A DNA stretch of 63,777 nucleotides, counting the filler, from Stramenopiles sp. TOSAG23-6 (taxonomy: Eukaryota), in assembly GCA_900128565.1 (NCBI GenBank). It is 5 parts of 5 records of this genome, joined end to end, with 100 filler letters (N's around TTAATTAATTAA, not from the genome) between each part and the next. Parts side by side here need not be neighbours in the genome. Positions count along the whole stretch, not along the records: positions 1 to 12,717 come from LT636192.1; 4 more parts are not named here. The stretch is one strand, 5' to 3'. Positions 1 to 11,300 of the stretch are shown piece after piece (the stretch's first letter is position 1; every line of letters starts with the position of its first letter). The notes below the pieces were generated by a model, which was given only the letters and a program-made list of their open reading frames with translations, had not been told where the DNA came from and ran no database searches. The translations under genes were made by a program, and so were the position numbers.

Positions 1-3000
1 ATCCAGTTCTTCGAAATCAAGCGGGTCTTTCAGCATTCGTACAAGTAATTCAGGGACGAATGGTGTTAGCGGTGGATTATCATTCATTTCTGGTACTACA
101 TCGGAAGGTAGTAGTGGACATTTGATGTTGCGTACGGGTACTTCCACGTCGGGTGCAGGGGGCAGTGTTAGCATTGTCGTAGGTGAAGGTTCATTAATGT
201 CTGGAGGTCGAATTGTTATGCAGTCAGGTATATCGGAGTTAGCTACTGGGGGTTCATTTTCATTAGTTTCTGGATGGAGTTCGTCTGGATCGAGTGGTTC
301 TTTCAGTATTCGTACATCGGATGCTGGTTCGACTGGAGTAAGTGGTATTTTATCATTTGCAACTGGGTTGGCAACTGAAGGCTCAAGTGGAAATATTTCT
401 CTTCGTAGTGGAAATGCCACCAAAGGTGCTGGTGGTAGCATAAGTCTGGCTGTTGGTTCAGGTAGCAAAGGCGGTGGTGGTCGTATTGTTATAGCAGCGG
501 GGACTTCTACTGATTCTAATAGTGCTGGTGGATCTATATCTTTAGTTTCTGGTTATGGCACTTCAGGAAATAGTGGGGCATTTAGTATACGTACATCAAA
601 TAGTGGAAATATCATAACCTTGACTGTGTCAACTTCATATAGTTTTTCGCTTGGCGACAGTGTATCTCAGAATAATGCTAGCGGTGTTGTAAAAAGTTCT
701 GTATCCGGAACAAGTGTAGATGTTATTGTTTCATCTGGTGTGTTTCATCCAAATGTTCAAACTCAATTTGGGAGCGAAAGTTTGACTGTGTTATCGGTTA
801 ATGGTGGTGGTTCCTCTGGGGAAGTATTTGTTATTTCTGGAACTGCAAGCCAAGATGGGACTGGCAATGGGGGTGCTAGTGGCTCTATACTCGTTCGTAC
901 TGGCTCTGGAGGCAGCAATTCTGCGGGTAGTATTAGCTTATTAGTAGGCGCGAGTGACTCAGGAATTGGGGGCGATATTATGATTAGTGCTGGAGAGAGC
1001 AGTGTGACTGGTGGTGGTATCTCTTTGATATCTGGTGGTGGTATAGCCACATCCAGTGGTTCATTTTCGATACGTACGGCGGATTCAGGTTCTGATGGTA
1101 TAAGTGGTTCATTGACTTTACACTCTGGTACGTCTTCTGGTGGAAGCACTGGTGCTATCAATTTTCAAACAGGACAATCATCCGTGTTAGGAGTTGGTGG
1201 GAGTATGCGTATTACTGTTGGTTCTGGTTCACTTCTTTCGGGAGGCAGAGTAATTGCTTCCGCTGGTGCAAACTCAATCGGAAATGGTGGTTCTGTATCA
1301 ATTACATCAGGAAATGGTCTTGCCACATCAAGTGGTTCATTTTCTATTAATACCGCAAATGCTGGAACTGATGGTGTAAGTGGATCCTTGTCTGTCACAA
1401 CAGGATACTCAACATTCGGTAGCACGGGGAATATCAGTATTTCATCTGGAGACTCTATTTCTGGACATGGTGGTAGCGTAAGCATCGTAGTAGGTTCTAG
1501 TAGTATTAACTCTGGTGGTAGGATAAACTTCTCTGGTGGCTCAATTGATGGAAGGTGTGATTTACGGGTGACTTTATCAAGTATTTCACTTAGCGGTGGA
1601 CAACTAACAGTGACAGGTTTGCCNACAGCGACATACACCAAAGGATCTATTCTCACCCAGGATTTGGCCCGTGGAAGTGTTTTAAGCACTGTCACTGGTA
1701 CTTCCATTACTTTAGACGTACAAACTGGAACTTTCCAGCAAGATAGCATTGCGACTTTTGGGGATGTTACATTTTCTGAATCAATGAGGAGCAACCAAGT
1801 ATCTTGCGAATGTGATTGTAGTACAGGTTCAAACTGCAGCGATACTAGTAGTTGTACCTCAAATAATGGTACTATTCGATTACCTGGATATTGGATTACT
1901 CCTGCAGCAACTGGTGGTGCCATTTCAATGATTTCGGGTTTCAGTACAAGTAGTTCCAGCGGGTCATTCAGCATTTTAACGGCAAACGCTGGAAGCTCAT
2001 CAGGAACTACGGGGTTACTTTCATTTTCTACTGGTATGTCTACTGAAGGTAGTAGCGGTGCTATAATATTACGTAGTGGTATAGCCAATAAGGGTGCTGG
2101 AGGTAGTATAAGTATTATGGTGGGTAGTGGTAATGATGGATCTGGTGGAAGAATCACTCTAAGTGGTGGAGATTCTTTCACGACGGGGGGAGCTGTATCA
2201 ATGGTTTCAGGTTTTGGGTTTTCTACGTCAAGTGGCGCATTCAGCATTAAAACAGGTGATACTGATTCTTCTGGTGTTAGTGGATTCCTTTCACTTTCGA
2301 CAGGGATTTCTAGTGAAGGTAGTAGCGGGGCAGTGATGATCCGCTCAGGCAATGCAGTTAATGGCGCTGGAGGAAGTGTTAGTGTTGTTGTTGGCAGTGG
2401 TTCAAATTCTAATGGTGGTCGACTTGTGATGACTGCTGGTGAGTCTACTAGTACTACTGCAAATGGTGGTTCTATTTCTCTTGTGAGTGGATTTGGAAAC
2501 ACCTCAAATAGTGGATCCTTCAGTATTCGCACACAAANTGGTGGATCCGAAGGAACCAGTGGAATTATTCAAATTTCAACAGGAGATTCCGATTGCACCG
2601 GAAATTCTTGTGTGGATATTTCAACAGGAGCTATTGTATTGCGCACAGGGGTAGCAACTGGCGGACGTGGAGGAAATATCAGTATTGTTGTTGGCAAGGG
2701 TAGTGTCGCATCAGGTGGCGATATTAAACTCACAGCTGGTGCAGCTGAAAACGCTACTGGTGGCGNTATTTCAATGACAGCTGGATATGGTGTTGCAACG
2801 AGTAGTGGTTCTTTCAGTATTCGTACAGCAAATGCGGGAACTGATGGTGTGTCTGGTTCATTATCACTCACCTCAGGTACAACTAGTAATGGAAGCAGCG
2901 GTTCGATAACTCTGCGCACAGGCTCTGCTGTACTTGGTGATGGAGGTAGTATAAGTATTGTCGTAGGAAATGGGAATGGAGGAGGTCGTGTAATTATTTC

Positions 3001-3344
3001 TTCAGGTCAAAGCACGCAAGAAACTGGTGGCGCTATTTCCATTAGTTCTGGTTTCGGAAGCACAACTTCAAGCGGTTCATTTAGTATAAGAACTCCAAAT
3101 GCTCATGACGGAGTCAGTGGCTCACTTTCATTTAAAACAGGTACAGCTTCAGTAGGCAGCAGTGGGGCCATTATTTTACGAACTGGAGATGTTGGAAGTA
3201 GTGCAACTGGAGAAGGTGGTGGTGTTAGTATGATTGTTGGGAGTTCTGAGGGGGATTCCAATGGCGGTAACGTTTTTGTGCGTGCTGGTGATGCTAGCAA
3301 TAGCGGAAGTGGTAGTGGTGGAAATGTTAAAATTCAAACGGGTG
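1..3344. repeat. Inverted repeat arm A, identical to the reverse complement of 9374..12717
   Basis: Identical translation and shared N positions (1624, 2538, 2766). Identity ends after AAATTCAAACGGGTG. Confidence 0.95.
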
Positions 3345-6025
3345 CAGGTGGTACAGGCAATTCCGGACATTTTAAGGCCACGGTAGGTTCAGATGGCAAA
3401 AATGAGATATATTTAGATGAAAGCAACTCACACTTTAAATCAGAGAACTCTATTACATTGACTGGCTATACAACAGGTACTTCACCACCATCATGGGTAA
3501 TAGGTACACCATCAGGAGAGTCATCATACGCGTCACACACGGTAACTTCACAAGGAATTATAACTTTCAGTTCATCAAAGACAGCAAATGAATCAGTGAT
3601 ATTTGGAACTAGTTCAGATGGTACAATATTATTTCATACTGGGGGTGTATACTCTGATAAAAGATATGCCCTTGGTGGGGCATTTTTCATGCCCAATGGG
3701 TCTTCAAATACCGAAAATGACACTGTTAAAGGTTTGCCAGGAATTGGGTTTGGTGAATTCACATCAAACACCAACGTTCCATTTATTCATTATATGATTC
3801 AAGGATTTTTTGATTTGTATAATGATAACTTTGAGATGGATGGTATGGGGACCACTGAGGCGCATTTGTTCTGTACAGCCAATCCTAGTAGTACTGGGTG
3901 CTCTCTTTCTTTTTATAATCCTGGTGAATATTACCAGATACGATGGCCAGCAGCTCATCAGAATACATACAATGTTTTCCCTGGTATCCCAGAGAAATAT
4001 AATGTTGGACGAAGATGCGATGATGGTAGTTCTACAACTGAAGCAGGTTGTTCCGGTAGTTGGACGGGTAGCAACATTACAAATAATTATGTTCCCTTTT
4101 CCGCCCAAGGAATTTACAGTGCTTCATCTTGGAATTTACAGAAAGGTCGAGTAACATTGAAAGTACTCGTAACTCCGCCACCTCTTCTTACTACAACATC
4201 TGCGTCATATTGGGACGTGGATACTGCAAGTCGTGAATCATGTACCAGATATTTTGTCAACCAGGTGTCAGGCGAAAGGTGTCCTACAGGAACATCACAG
4301 GTCCCAGAAGCACTTTGTCACGACGAGGTTCATATGCCAGCTTTCACCCAAATAGTTATTACAAATGCAACACACAGCGGCTTCACTCAGGGGGATTCAG
4401 TAACCCAAACGGGAGCAGCTATGGGGGCATCAGGTACTGTTGCAAATAATCCAAATGCTAACGAAACAATTATAATAACTCCTGACCAAGAAAATCTTTT
4501 TGACTCTACCGGTACTTATGACGTGGAAATAGATAGCTCAAATGTTGGTGGTAATCTGTCAGAAACACCCCATGTAATGAGTCCTAAATTTACCTCTGAA
4601 ATTCTCAATCGTACATCTTTCAGTGATTCAGATTCAATAAGTGGTTGTCAACTCAGAGGAGATATAGATGGTGTTAAAACTGACTGGGGTACTGGTGGTA
4701 CTGACACTGGTACAACTGATGGTGGCACTGACGGTGGCACTGACACTGGTACAACTGATGGTGGCACTGATGGTGGCACTGACACTGGTACAACTGATGG
4801 TGGTACTGATGGTGGTNGTGATGATGGTGGTGGTGATAGTGGCGGTGATAGTGGCGGCGCTGTTGAAGAGTTTAAGATCGAATTCAATACATCTGGAACG
4901 TTGGGCGAAAATACTGGTAGCGTAACATCTAAATATGGCTATGCTGTCTGTGATCGCGGTTCAGACTTTCTCAACAACTGTGTTGGCAATGGTGGTAGAA
5001 ATTTTGTTGATGAATATGGTTCTGCCTCTATTCAAAATACTGGTGGAATAGACAATGAAAGAATGGGACATTGCAGTCTTCAATCAATTGGAGGAACCGG
5101 TAATGTTTCTGTCTCTATCACACAGGGAGGAATTGGATATACCAATGGATCTATTACCTTTTCAAGTGGTACATGCAGTCAGGACCCTGTTGGAACTTAT
5201 ACTGCCACAAATATGGTTTCTTCCGGTGCTAGTGGAGGTGGCGGCGGCGAAGTGACTTCAATTTCAATAACCACAGACGGATTATGTTCTGTGCTTCCTA
5301 CAGCTACTATTAGTGGTGGTCGCGATGCAGTTCTAAGGGTATTTAGTCCAGTAGAGGTAATTTACGGGGGGATAAATTATTCAACTTCAGATACGGTAAC
5401 ATTTAGCGCACCTGCAGGAGGATGTGCAACCACACCTGTTGCATCAATATCGTCGGTTGATGCGGGTACTGGTGCAATTCAAGTTGTGGAAATTACGACA
5501 ATTGGAACATGTACTGGAATGCCTACAATTAGTGTATCTGGTGGATCTGGTGCTATTTTACAAATTTTTGATTCAATGACAAATCAACACGCTTGCGAAA
5601 CAAATTCGGGTACTTGGGTGAGCACAGCGGGTAGAAGATTGCCTGATGCTAATAATGTCAACGAAAATCATACTGAATTTGTAGATAGTATGACTCAACA
5701 AGGAGGAATGCCTCTTTCATGGATGACTTGGGGTGATGGGATGGTTGATTATACAAGTACAAATCCAGGTTCATTTACCCAACATAAAGTCTTTGCGTAT
5801 CTACGTCTGATTTCACGTAACACCGCTTATGGGACCATGGGTCATGCAGCATTCGAAGCACAGATTGTAGGTGCAGACGGCCAATACTATGTGGATAACG
5901 ATCAATTTAAACCGTCTGCATATTCTATGAGATATTGGCCTTTGTTGATGTTTTCACATGGGTGCACAGGTATTCCGACAAGTGAAACACCAATTCACAA
6001 ATCTTGTTACACAAAATACTCTTAA
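2..6025 (+). CDS. Giant Gly/Ser/Thr-rich repeat protein (putative beta-solenoid surface protein), 5'-partial, intronless
   Basis: Frame is open from base 2 to the stop at 6025. Recurrent ~15-aa units (GSFSIRT, GSISLVSG, GAIILRSG) are arranged in ~90-aa super-repeats, followed by a unique Cys-containing C-terminal region. Confidence 0.8.
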   Translation, partial: SSSSKSSGSFSIRTSNSGTNGVSGGLSFISGTTSEGSSGHLMLRTGTSTSGAGGSVSIVVGEGSLMSGGRIVMQSGISELATGGSFSLVSGWSSSGSSGSFSIRTSDAGSTGVSGILSFATGLATEGSSGNISLRSGNATKGAGGSISLAVGSGSKGGGGRIVIAAGTSTDSNSAGGSISLVSGYGTSGNSGAFSIRTSNSGNIITLTVSTSYSFSLGDSVSQNNASGVVKSSVSGTSVDVIVSSGVFHPNVQTQFGSESLTVLSVNGGGSSGEVFVISGTASQDGTGNGGASGSILVRTGSGGSNSAGSISLLVGASDSGIGGDIMISAGESSVTGGGISLISGGGIATSSGSFSIRTADSGSDGISGSLTLHSGTSSGGSTGAINFQTGQSSVLGVGGSMRITVGSGSLLSGGRVIASAGANSIGNGGSVSITSGNGLATSSGSFSINTANAGTDGVSGSLSVTTGYSTFGSTGNISISSGDSISGHGGSVSIVVGSSSINSGGRINFSGGSIDGRCDLRVTLSSISLSGGQLTVTGLXTATYTKGSILTQDLARGSVLSTVTGTSITLDVQTGTFQQDSIATFGDVTFSESMRSNQVSCECDCSTGSNCSDTSSCTSNNGTIRLPGYWITPAATGGAISMISGFSTSSSSGSFSILTANAGSSSGTTGLLSFSTGMSTEGSSGAIILRSGIANKGAGGSISIMVGSGNDGSGGRITLSGGDSFTTGGAVSMVSGFGFSTSSGAFSIKTGDTDSSGVSGFLSLSTGISSEGSSGAVMIRSGNAVNGAGGSVSVVVGSGSNSNGGRLVMTAGESTSTTANGGSISLVSGFGNTSNSGSFSIRTQXGGSEGTSGIIQISTGDSDCTGNSCVDISTGAIVLRTGVATGGRGGNISIVVGKGSVASGGDIKLTAGAAENATGGXISMTAGYGVATSSGSFSIRTANAGTDGVSGSLSLTSGTTSNGSSGSITLRTGSAVLGDGGSISIVVGNGNGGGRVIISSGQSTQETGGAISISSGFGSTTSSGSFSIRTPNAHDGVSGSLSFKTGTASVGSSGAIILRTGDVGSSATGEGGGVSMIVGSSEGDSNGGNVFVRAGDASNSGSGSGGNVKIQTGAGGTGNSGHFKATVGSDGKNEIYLDESNSHFKSENSITLTGYTTGTSPPSWVIGTPSGESSYASHTVTSQGIITFSSSKTANESVIFGTSSDGTILFHTGGVYSDKRYALGGAFFMPNGSSNTENDTVKGLPGIGFGEFTSNTNVPFIHYMIQGFFDLYNDNFEMDGMGTTEAHLFCTANPSSTGCSLSFYNPGEYYQIRWPAAHQNTYNVFPGIPEKYNVGRRCDDGSSTTEAGCSGSWTGSNITNNYVPFSAQGIYSASSWNLQKGRVTLKVLVTPPPLLTTTSASYWDVDTASRESCTRYFVNQVSGERCPTGTSQVPEALCHDEVHMPAFTQIVITNATHSGFTQGDSVTQTGAAMGASGTVANNPNANETIIITPDQENLFDSTGTYDVEIDSSNVGGNLSETPHVMSPKFTSEILNRTSFSDSDSISGCQLRGDIDGVKTDWGTGGTDTGTTDGGTDGGTDTGTTDGGTDGGTDTGTTDGGTDGGXDDGGGDSGGDSGGAVEEFKIEFNTSGTLGENTGSVTSKYGYAVCDRGSDFLNNCVGNGGRNFVDEYGSASIQNTGGIDNERMGHCSLQSIGGTGNVSVSITQGGIGYTNGSITFSSGTCSQDPVGTYTATNMVSSGASGGGGGEVTSISITTDGLCSVLPTATISGGRDAVLRVFSPVEVIYGGINYSTSDTVTFSAPAGGCATTPVASISSVDAGTGAIQVVEITTIGTCTGMPTISVSGGSGAILQIFDSMTNQHACETNSGTWVSTAGRRLPDANNVNENHTEFVDSMTQQGGMPLSWMTWGDGMVDYTSTNPGSFTQHKVFAYLRLISRNTAYGTMGHAAFEAQIVGADGQYYVDNDQFKPSAYSMRYWPLLMFSHGCTGIPTSETPIHKSCYTKYS
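4693..4816 (+). repeat. 39-bp coding tandem repeat (GGTDTGTTDGGTD), about 3 copies
   Basis: Visible in both DNA and translation. Confidence 0.85.
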
Positions 6026-8393
6026 AATTGGTTTATTTATGTGAGACGTATACTATATACACATCGTTAATTTAATTAAAATAAATATTTTCGAAAAAAG
6101 TCTACATTAAAACTATAAGTTTTTTTCAAAATATAATTCATCGTATCATTTACTTGAAATACAACTTCATATCCATAAAACCAGCAATAAATAAATATCC
6201 CGCTTTGCTGTAAGGATTTTTGTGTGCAAGTAAAATTTAGTTTAAATCAGAAATCATTGATCCCCTTCAAGCATTCCAATATTTCAATAAATTGTTCACT
6301 CATAATTATGAAAAAAGTGAATTGCCAGGACAATCTATTGGTGTACCAAACAATGTAAAACTTTATCATTTATTTCTCATACAGCATCTTATATTACTTT
6401 CATTATTTATGTTTCTCTATGTGATTAACAATTGCCCAATGTACAAAGCATATGCGAATTATCATCAAAATCATATTATACACTTTTGTAAACAAATTAT
6501 CCAAATTGGAAGACTAGGCATAACTGTGACTTTCAGGTGGAGTTTTCCAAATTATTTTGGTGAAAGTAAACTTCAATCTTTGGTTTATATAATGTTCGGG
6601 TTTATGCATGCCATTACTTGATTGGGGTGGTCAACATTATACCGAATTGGTCATCTTCGTTGTGTAAAATAATAGTATGCAAGGGGATTTTAAAAATTGT
6701 GTTCTATGGTAACAAAAAAGCACTCGAAAATATTTTTCTCTTATGAGGGAAGTGTAGTTTTTAGTATTGCAACTGAAATTTATGGTGAAAATCTAAGGCT
6801 GTGCGATGACTCCACACTTACTTTAAAAACATAAATTAGAAATCCGCATGTACATATATATATATATATATTTATATAATTCATATTATCTTTACTCGTC
6901 AAATGTAGTATGGATATCTATCTGTAGAGTCAAAGTCTTTGTTGCTGTCCAGGTTCACTCTCATTCCAACTTAAATTCAAAATTACTGTTTTGTACTTTA
7001 TAGTACTAGTTGTATAATTTAATATTTGCTGTTGGACACAACGCAAGTAATTAGGCGCTTTCTCTTTTTGTCAACTGTCATATCAAGAGCCTATCAAACA
7101 CCATCAATATCATTTCTACGTCGTTGTTGAAGGTTACGATGGTACATACTAGCATCGATAATTTTATTGGTACCGCCAGCACCAGCTGCGGCTGAAGACT
7201 TTCGATTCATTGTTGAAGTCTCTTTCTCAAGTACATAGATACTAATTACTATAGGCGAACATTGTGTCGTGGTAATGATGGTATTAAACACGAAAATTCT
7301 GATACAAAACTTTCTGCGGGGGGAGGGGGGGAGGGTTGAGACACAAATTAGAAATTTTCATACATTTTTTTGTGCTAAAAGCGATAGGAAAAAACGTCCT
7401 AACAAAATCAACATAGGAGCCACAATGAATAAAGGTATGAGAAAAACAACCTATTTCATATCTCACGATAAGTGACCTCCTACAGTGCTTGTCTTACTTT
7501 GTGTACAATTGGGTAGCTGGGTTTTAAGAACTCATTGACTAGTTATCATATAACTTTCACACTTTACCTTCTTTCGCTTGTACAAATCTGAAACAGAATT
7601 GTGTAAATATTTTTTTCATACAATAAATTATTTAGTTGAAAACTTTAGAAATATTTGCCACAATTATCTTGGTATGTTGTGATTTAATTCATTGGTTTAT
7701 GATTCATTTAGTACTAAAATATATTATTTTTAATGCTGTTTTGTGTCTTCTATTTTTAATTATAACAGTCAAGGAGACACACACGTTATGATATATTTTC
7801 TTCCTCGCCACCACTTTAAGACCAAACAAATTAAGGAATATTATAACGATTTAAAATCATTTGCTGTGTAAAGGGGTCGAGAGGGCTAATGGAAACTGAT
7901 ATTTTGATAACTCATCCTGGCCATTGGGTCTACCAAGAGTGAAAACTTGGAGGAACTCGTTGGTTTCTCGAGGAGTAAACACAAACTCAAAAAACGAACT
8001 ACTGTACCAATTACCACGTCTGGCCATGATACTCAATCTTCCGGTGTTTTCCCAACTCTTGAATTGAAGTTGGTACTTNGGAGTTAGACATACTCGCTTT
8101 GTAACTTTGAAACTTAGAGCATTCATCTTTTTCCATTTTGGACAAACACCGACAATTTTCACCAACAATGACAAAACAAAGATATTTGCCAAGAGTGTTG
8201 AATCTCTAGTATTATGGACACTTCTACATTTTTTAGTAACAAATAATTGATCTTGTAGTTTTGCAATTTTTGGAAGTTAGAAATGGCGGGATTTGGAATG
8301 AAAAAAAAAAAAGATGCTAATGAATTTCATTTATTGTTTAATAATAAATATTTCTTCAAAAACAAAAAGTAACATAAACATATTTTTTACACA

Positions 8394-11300
8394 TTACGAG
8401 TAATTACTGTAACATGCCAATTCTGTATTACCTGACGCTGTGTGGCATTTATGTCCGAACACAAGATATTGCCAGGTCCACTCTCCCGCTGTCCACGTTT
8501 CGGAAGCTGCAACACACGAAGATTGCGTCGTTGAAGTGCCATCAGTACATGATCCTTCTCCTATCTTAAATGAAATTGAATTATCAGAAGCGTTCATCAG
8601 TCGTATATAAATATATACATTATCTCCTGAGCCTTCTACCCAAGACATCCAAATGATAGAACAGTTNCCACCCGAATAACTCGCATCCAGTGTTGGCGGA
8701 TTGTCTGCTAAACCATATGGGGCACAAGAATGTGTTGATGTATCACTCTGATTTAAATCCTCATATTTTGTAACGCCAAGTCGTTGAGGGGGCGTAACGA
8801 AAGATTTAAAATATGTGTTTTGACCCTGCCACGACCCCGAAGGTTGTTCAATAATATGTCTACCTTGGATATAGGCACCTGCAGAAGGCAAATCAATTGT
8901 ACAGTGAGTTGACGCAGATACTGCGGTTAAAAAATCACTGTCAGAAGATCCCGCCGTCGAGCTACAGTGTCCCTCAGAAAAATCAAGCTCACCCTGGTTC
9001 ATGTAGTATAGAATAGGAGATTTGGCAAAACTTGAAGAACCAGTATAGCGACCAAAACCAATACCATCTTTAAAGAAAGCTTTACCTGTGACTTTAATCG
9101 TTCCACCTACGCCAGATGTGCCCAATTCAAATGATTCTGCAGATGTACTTGTAGTTGAGAACTCCATTGTATCGCTTCCTGAAACTTGAATTTCTCCAGA
9201 TGACTGAAGTTGTATATTATTTTCATATTGTGAACCTTCACCTGAAGTCAGGGTTAATGAACCCACTGTTTTAAAATGTGAGCTTGTCGCATCCAAATAT
9301 ATTTCATTTGAGCTATTTGAACCTAAACTGGCTACAAAATGCCCGGGATTACCTGTACCACCTGAAATAGGCTCACCCGTTTGAATTTTAACATTTCCAC
9401 CACTACCACTTCCGCTATTGCTAGCATCACCAGCACGCACAAAAACGTTACCGCCATTGGAATCCCCCTCAGAACTCCCAACAATCATACTAACACCACC
9501 ACCTTCTCCAGTTGCACTACTTCCAACATCTCCAGTTCGTAAAATAATGGCCCCACTGCTGCCTACTGAAGCTGTACCTGTTTTAAATGAAAGTGAGCCA
9601 CTGACTCCGTCATGAGCATTTGGAGTTCTTATACTAAATGAACCGCTTGAAGTTGTGCTTCCGAAACCAGAACTAATGGAAATAGCGCCACCAGTTTCTT
9701 GCGTGCTTTGACCTGAAGAAATAATTACACGACCTCCTCCATTCCCATTTCCTACGACAATACTTATACTACCTCCATCACCAAGTACAGCAGAGCCTGT
9801 GCGCAGAGTTATCGAACCGCTGCTTCCATTACTAGTTGTACCTGAGGTGAGTGATAATGAACCAGACACACCATCAGTTCCCGCATTTGCTGTACGAATA
9901 CTGAAAGAACCACTACTCGTTGCAACACCATATCCAGCTGTCATTGAAATANCGCCACCAGTAGCGTTTTCAGCTGCACCAGCTGTGAGTTTAATATCGC
10001 CACCTGATGCGACACTACCCTTGCCAACAACAATACTGATATTTCCTCCACGTCCGCCAGTTGCTACCCCTGTGCGCAATACAATAGCTCCTGTTGAAAT
10101 ATCCACACAAGAATTTCCGGTGCAATCGGAATCTCCTGTTGAAATTTGAATAATTCCACTGGTTCCTTCGGATCCACCANTTTGTGTGCGAATACTGAAG
10201 GATCCACTATTTGAGGTGTTTCCAAATCCACTCACAAGAGAAATAGAACCACCATTTGCAGTAGTACTAGTAGACTCACCAGCAGTCATCACAAGTCGAC
10301 CACCATTAGAATTTGAACCACTGCCAACAACAACACTAACACTTCCTCCAGCGCCATTAACTGCATTGCCTGAGCGGATCATCACTGCCCCGCTACTACC
10401 TTCACTAGAAATCCCTGTCGAAAGTGAAAGGAATCCACTAACACCAGAAGAATCAGTATCACCTGTTTTAATGCTGAATGCGCCACTTGACGTAGAAAAC
10501 CCAAAACCTGAAACCATTGATACAGCTCCCCCCGTCGTGAAAGAATCTCCACCACTTAGAGTGATTCTTCCACCAGATCCATCATTACCACTACCCACCA
10601 TAATACTTATACTACCTCCAGCACCCTTATTGGCTATACCACTACGTAATATTATAGCACCGCTACTACCTTCAGTAGACATACCAGTAGAAAATGAAAG
10701 TAACCCCGTAGTTCCTGATGAGCTTCCAGCGTTTGCCGTTAAAATGCTGAATGACCCGCTGGAACTACTTGTACTGAAACCCGAAATCATTGAAATGGCA
10801 CCACCAGTTGCTGCAGGAGTAATCCAATATCCAGGTAATCGAATAGTACCATTATTTGAGGTACAACTACTAGTATCGCTGCAGTTTGAACCTGTACTAC
10901 AATCACATTCGCAAGATACTTGGTTGCTCCTCATTGATTCAGAAAATGTAACATCCCCAAAAGTCGCAATGCTATCTTGCTGGAAAGTTCCAGTTTGTAC
11001 GTCTAAAGTAATGGAAGTACCAGTGACAGTGCTTAAAACACTTCCACGGGCCAAATCCTGGGTGAGAATAGATCCTTTGGTGTATGTCGCTGTNGGCAAA
11101 CCTGTCACTGTTAGTTGTCCACCGCTAAGTGAAATACTTGATAAAGTCACCCGTAAATCACACCTTCCATCAATTGAGCCACCAGAGAAGTTTATCCTAC
11201 CACCAGAGTTAATACTACTAGAACCTACTACGATGCTTACGCTACCACCATGTCCAGAAATAGAGTCTCCAGATGAAATACTGATATTCCCCGTGCTACC

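Noticed and set aside
763-3300. Pro-rich antisense ORFs and their mirrors at 9418..12765
   Set aside because: Shadows of the Gly/Ser-rich sense frame.
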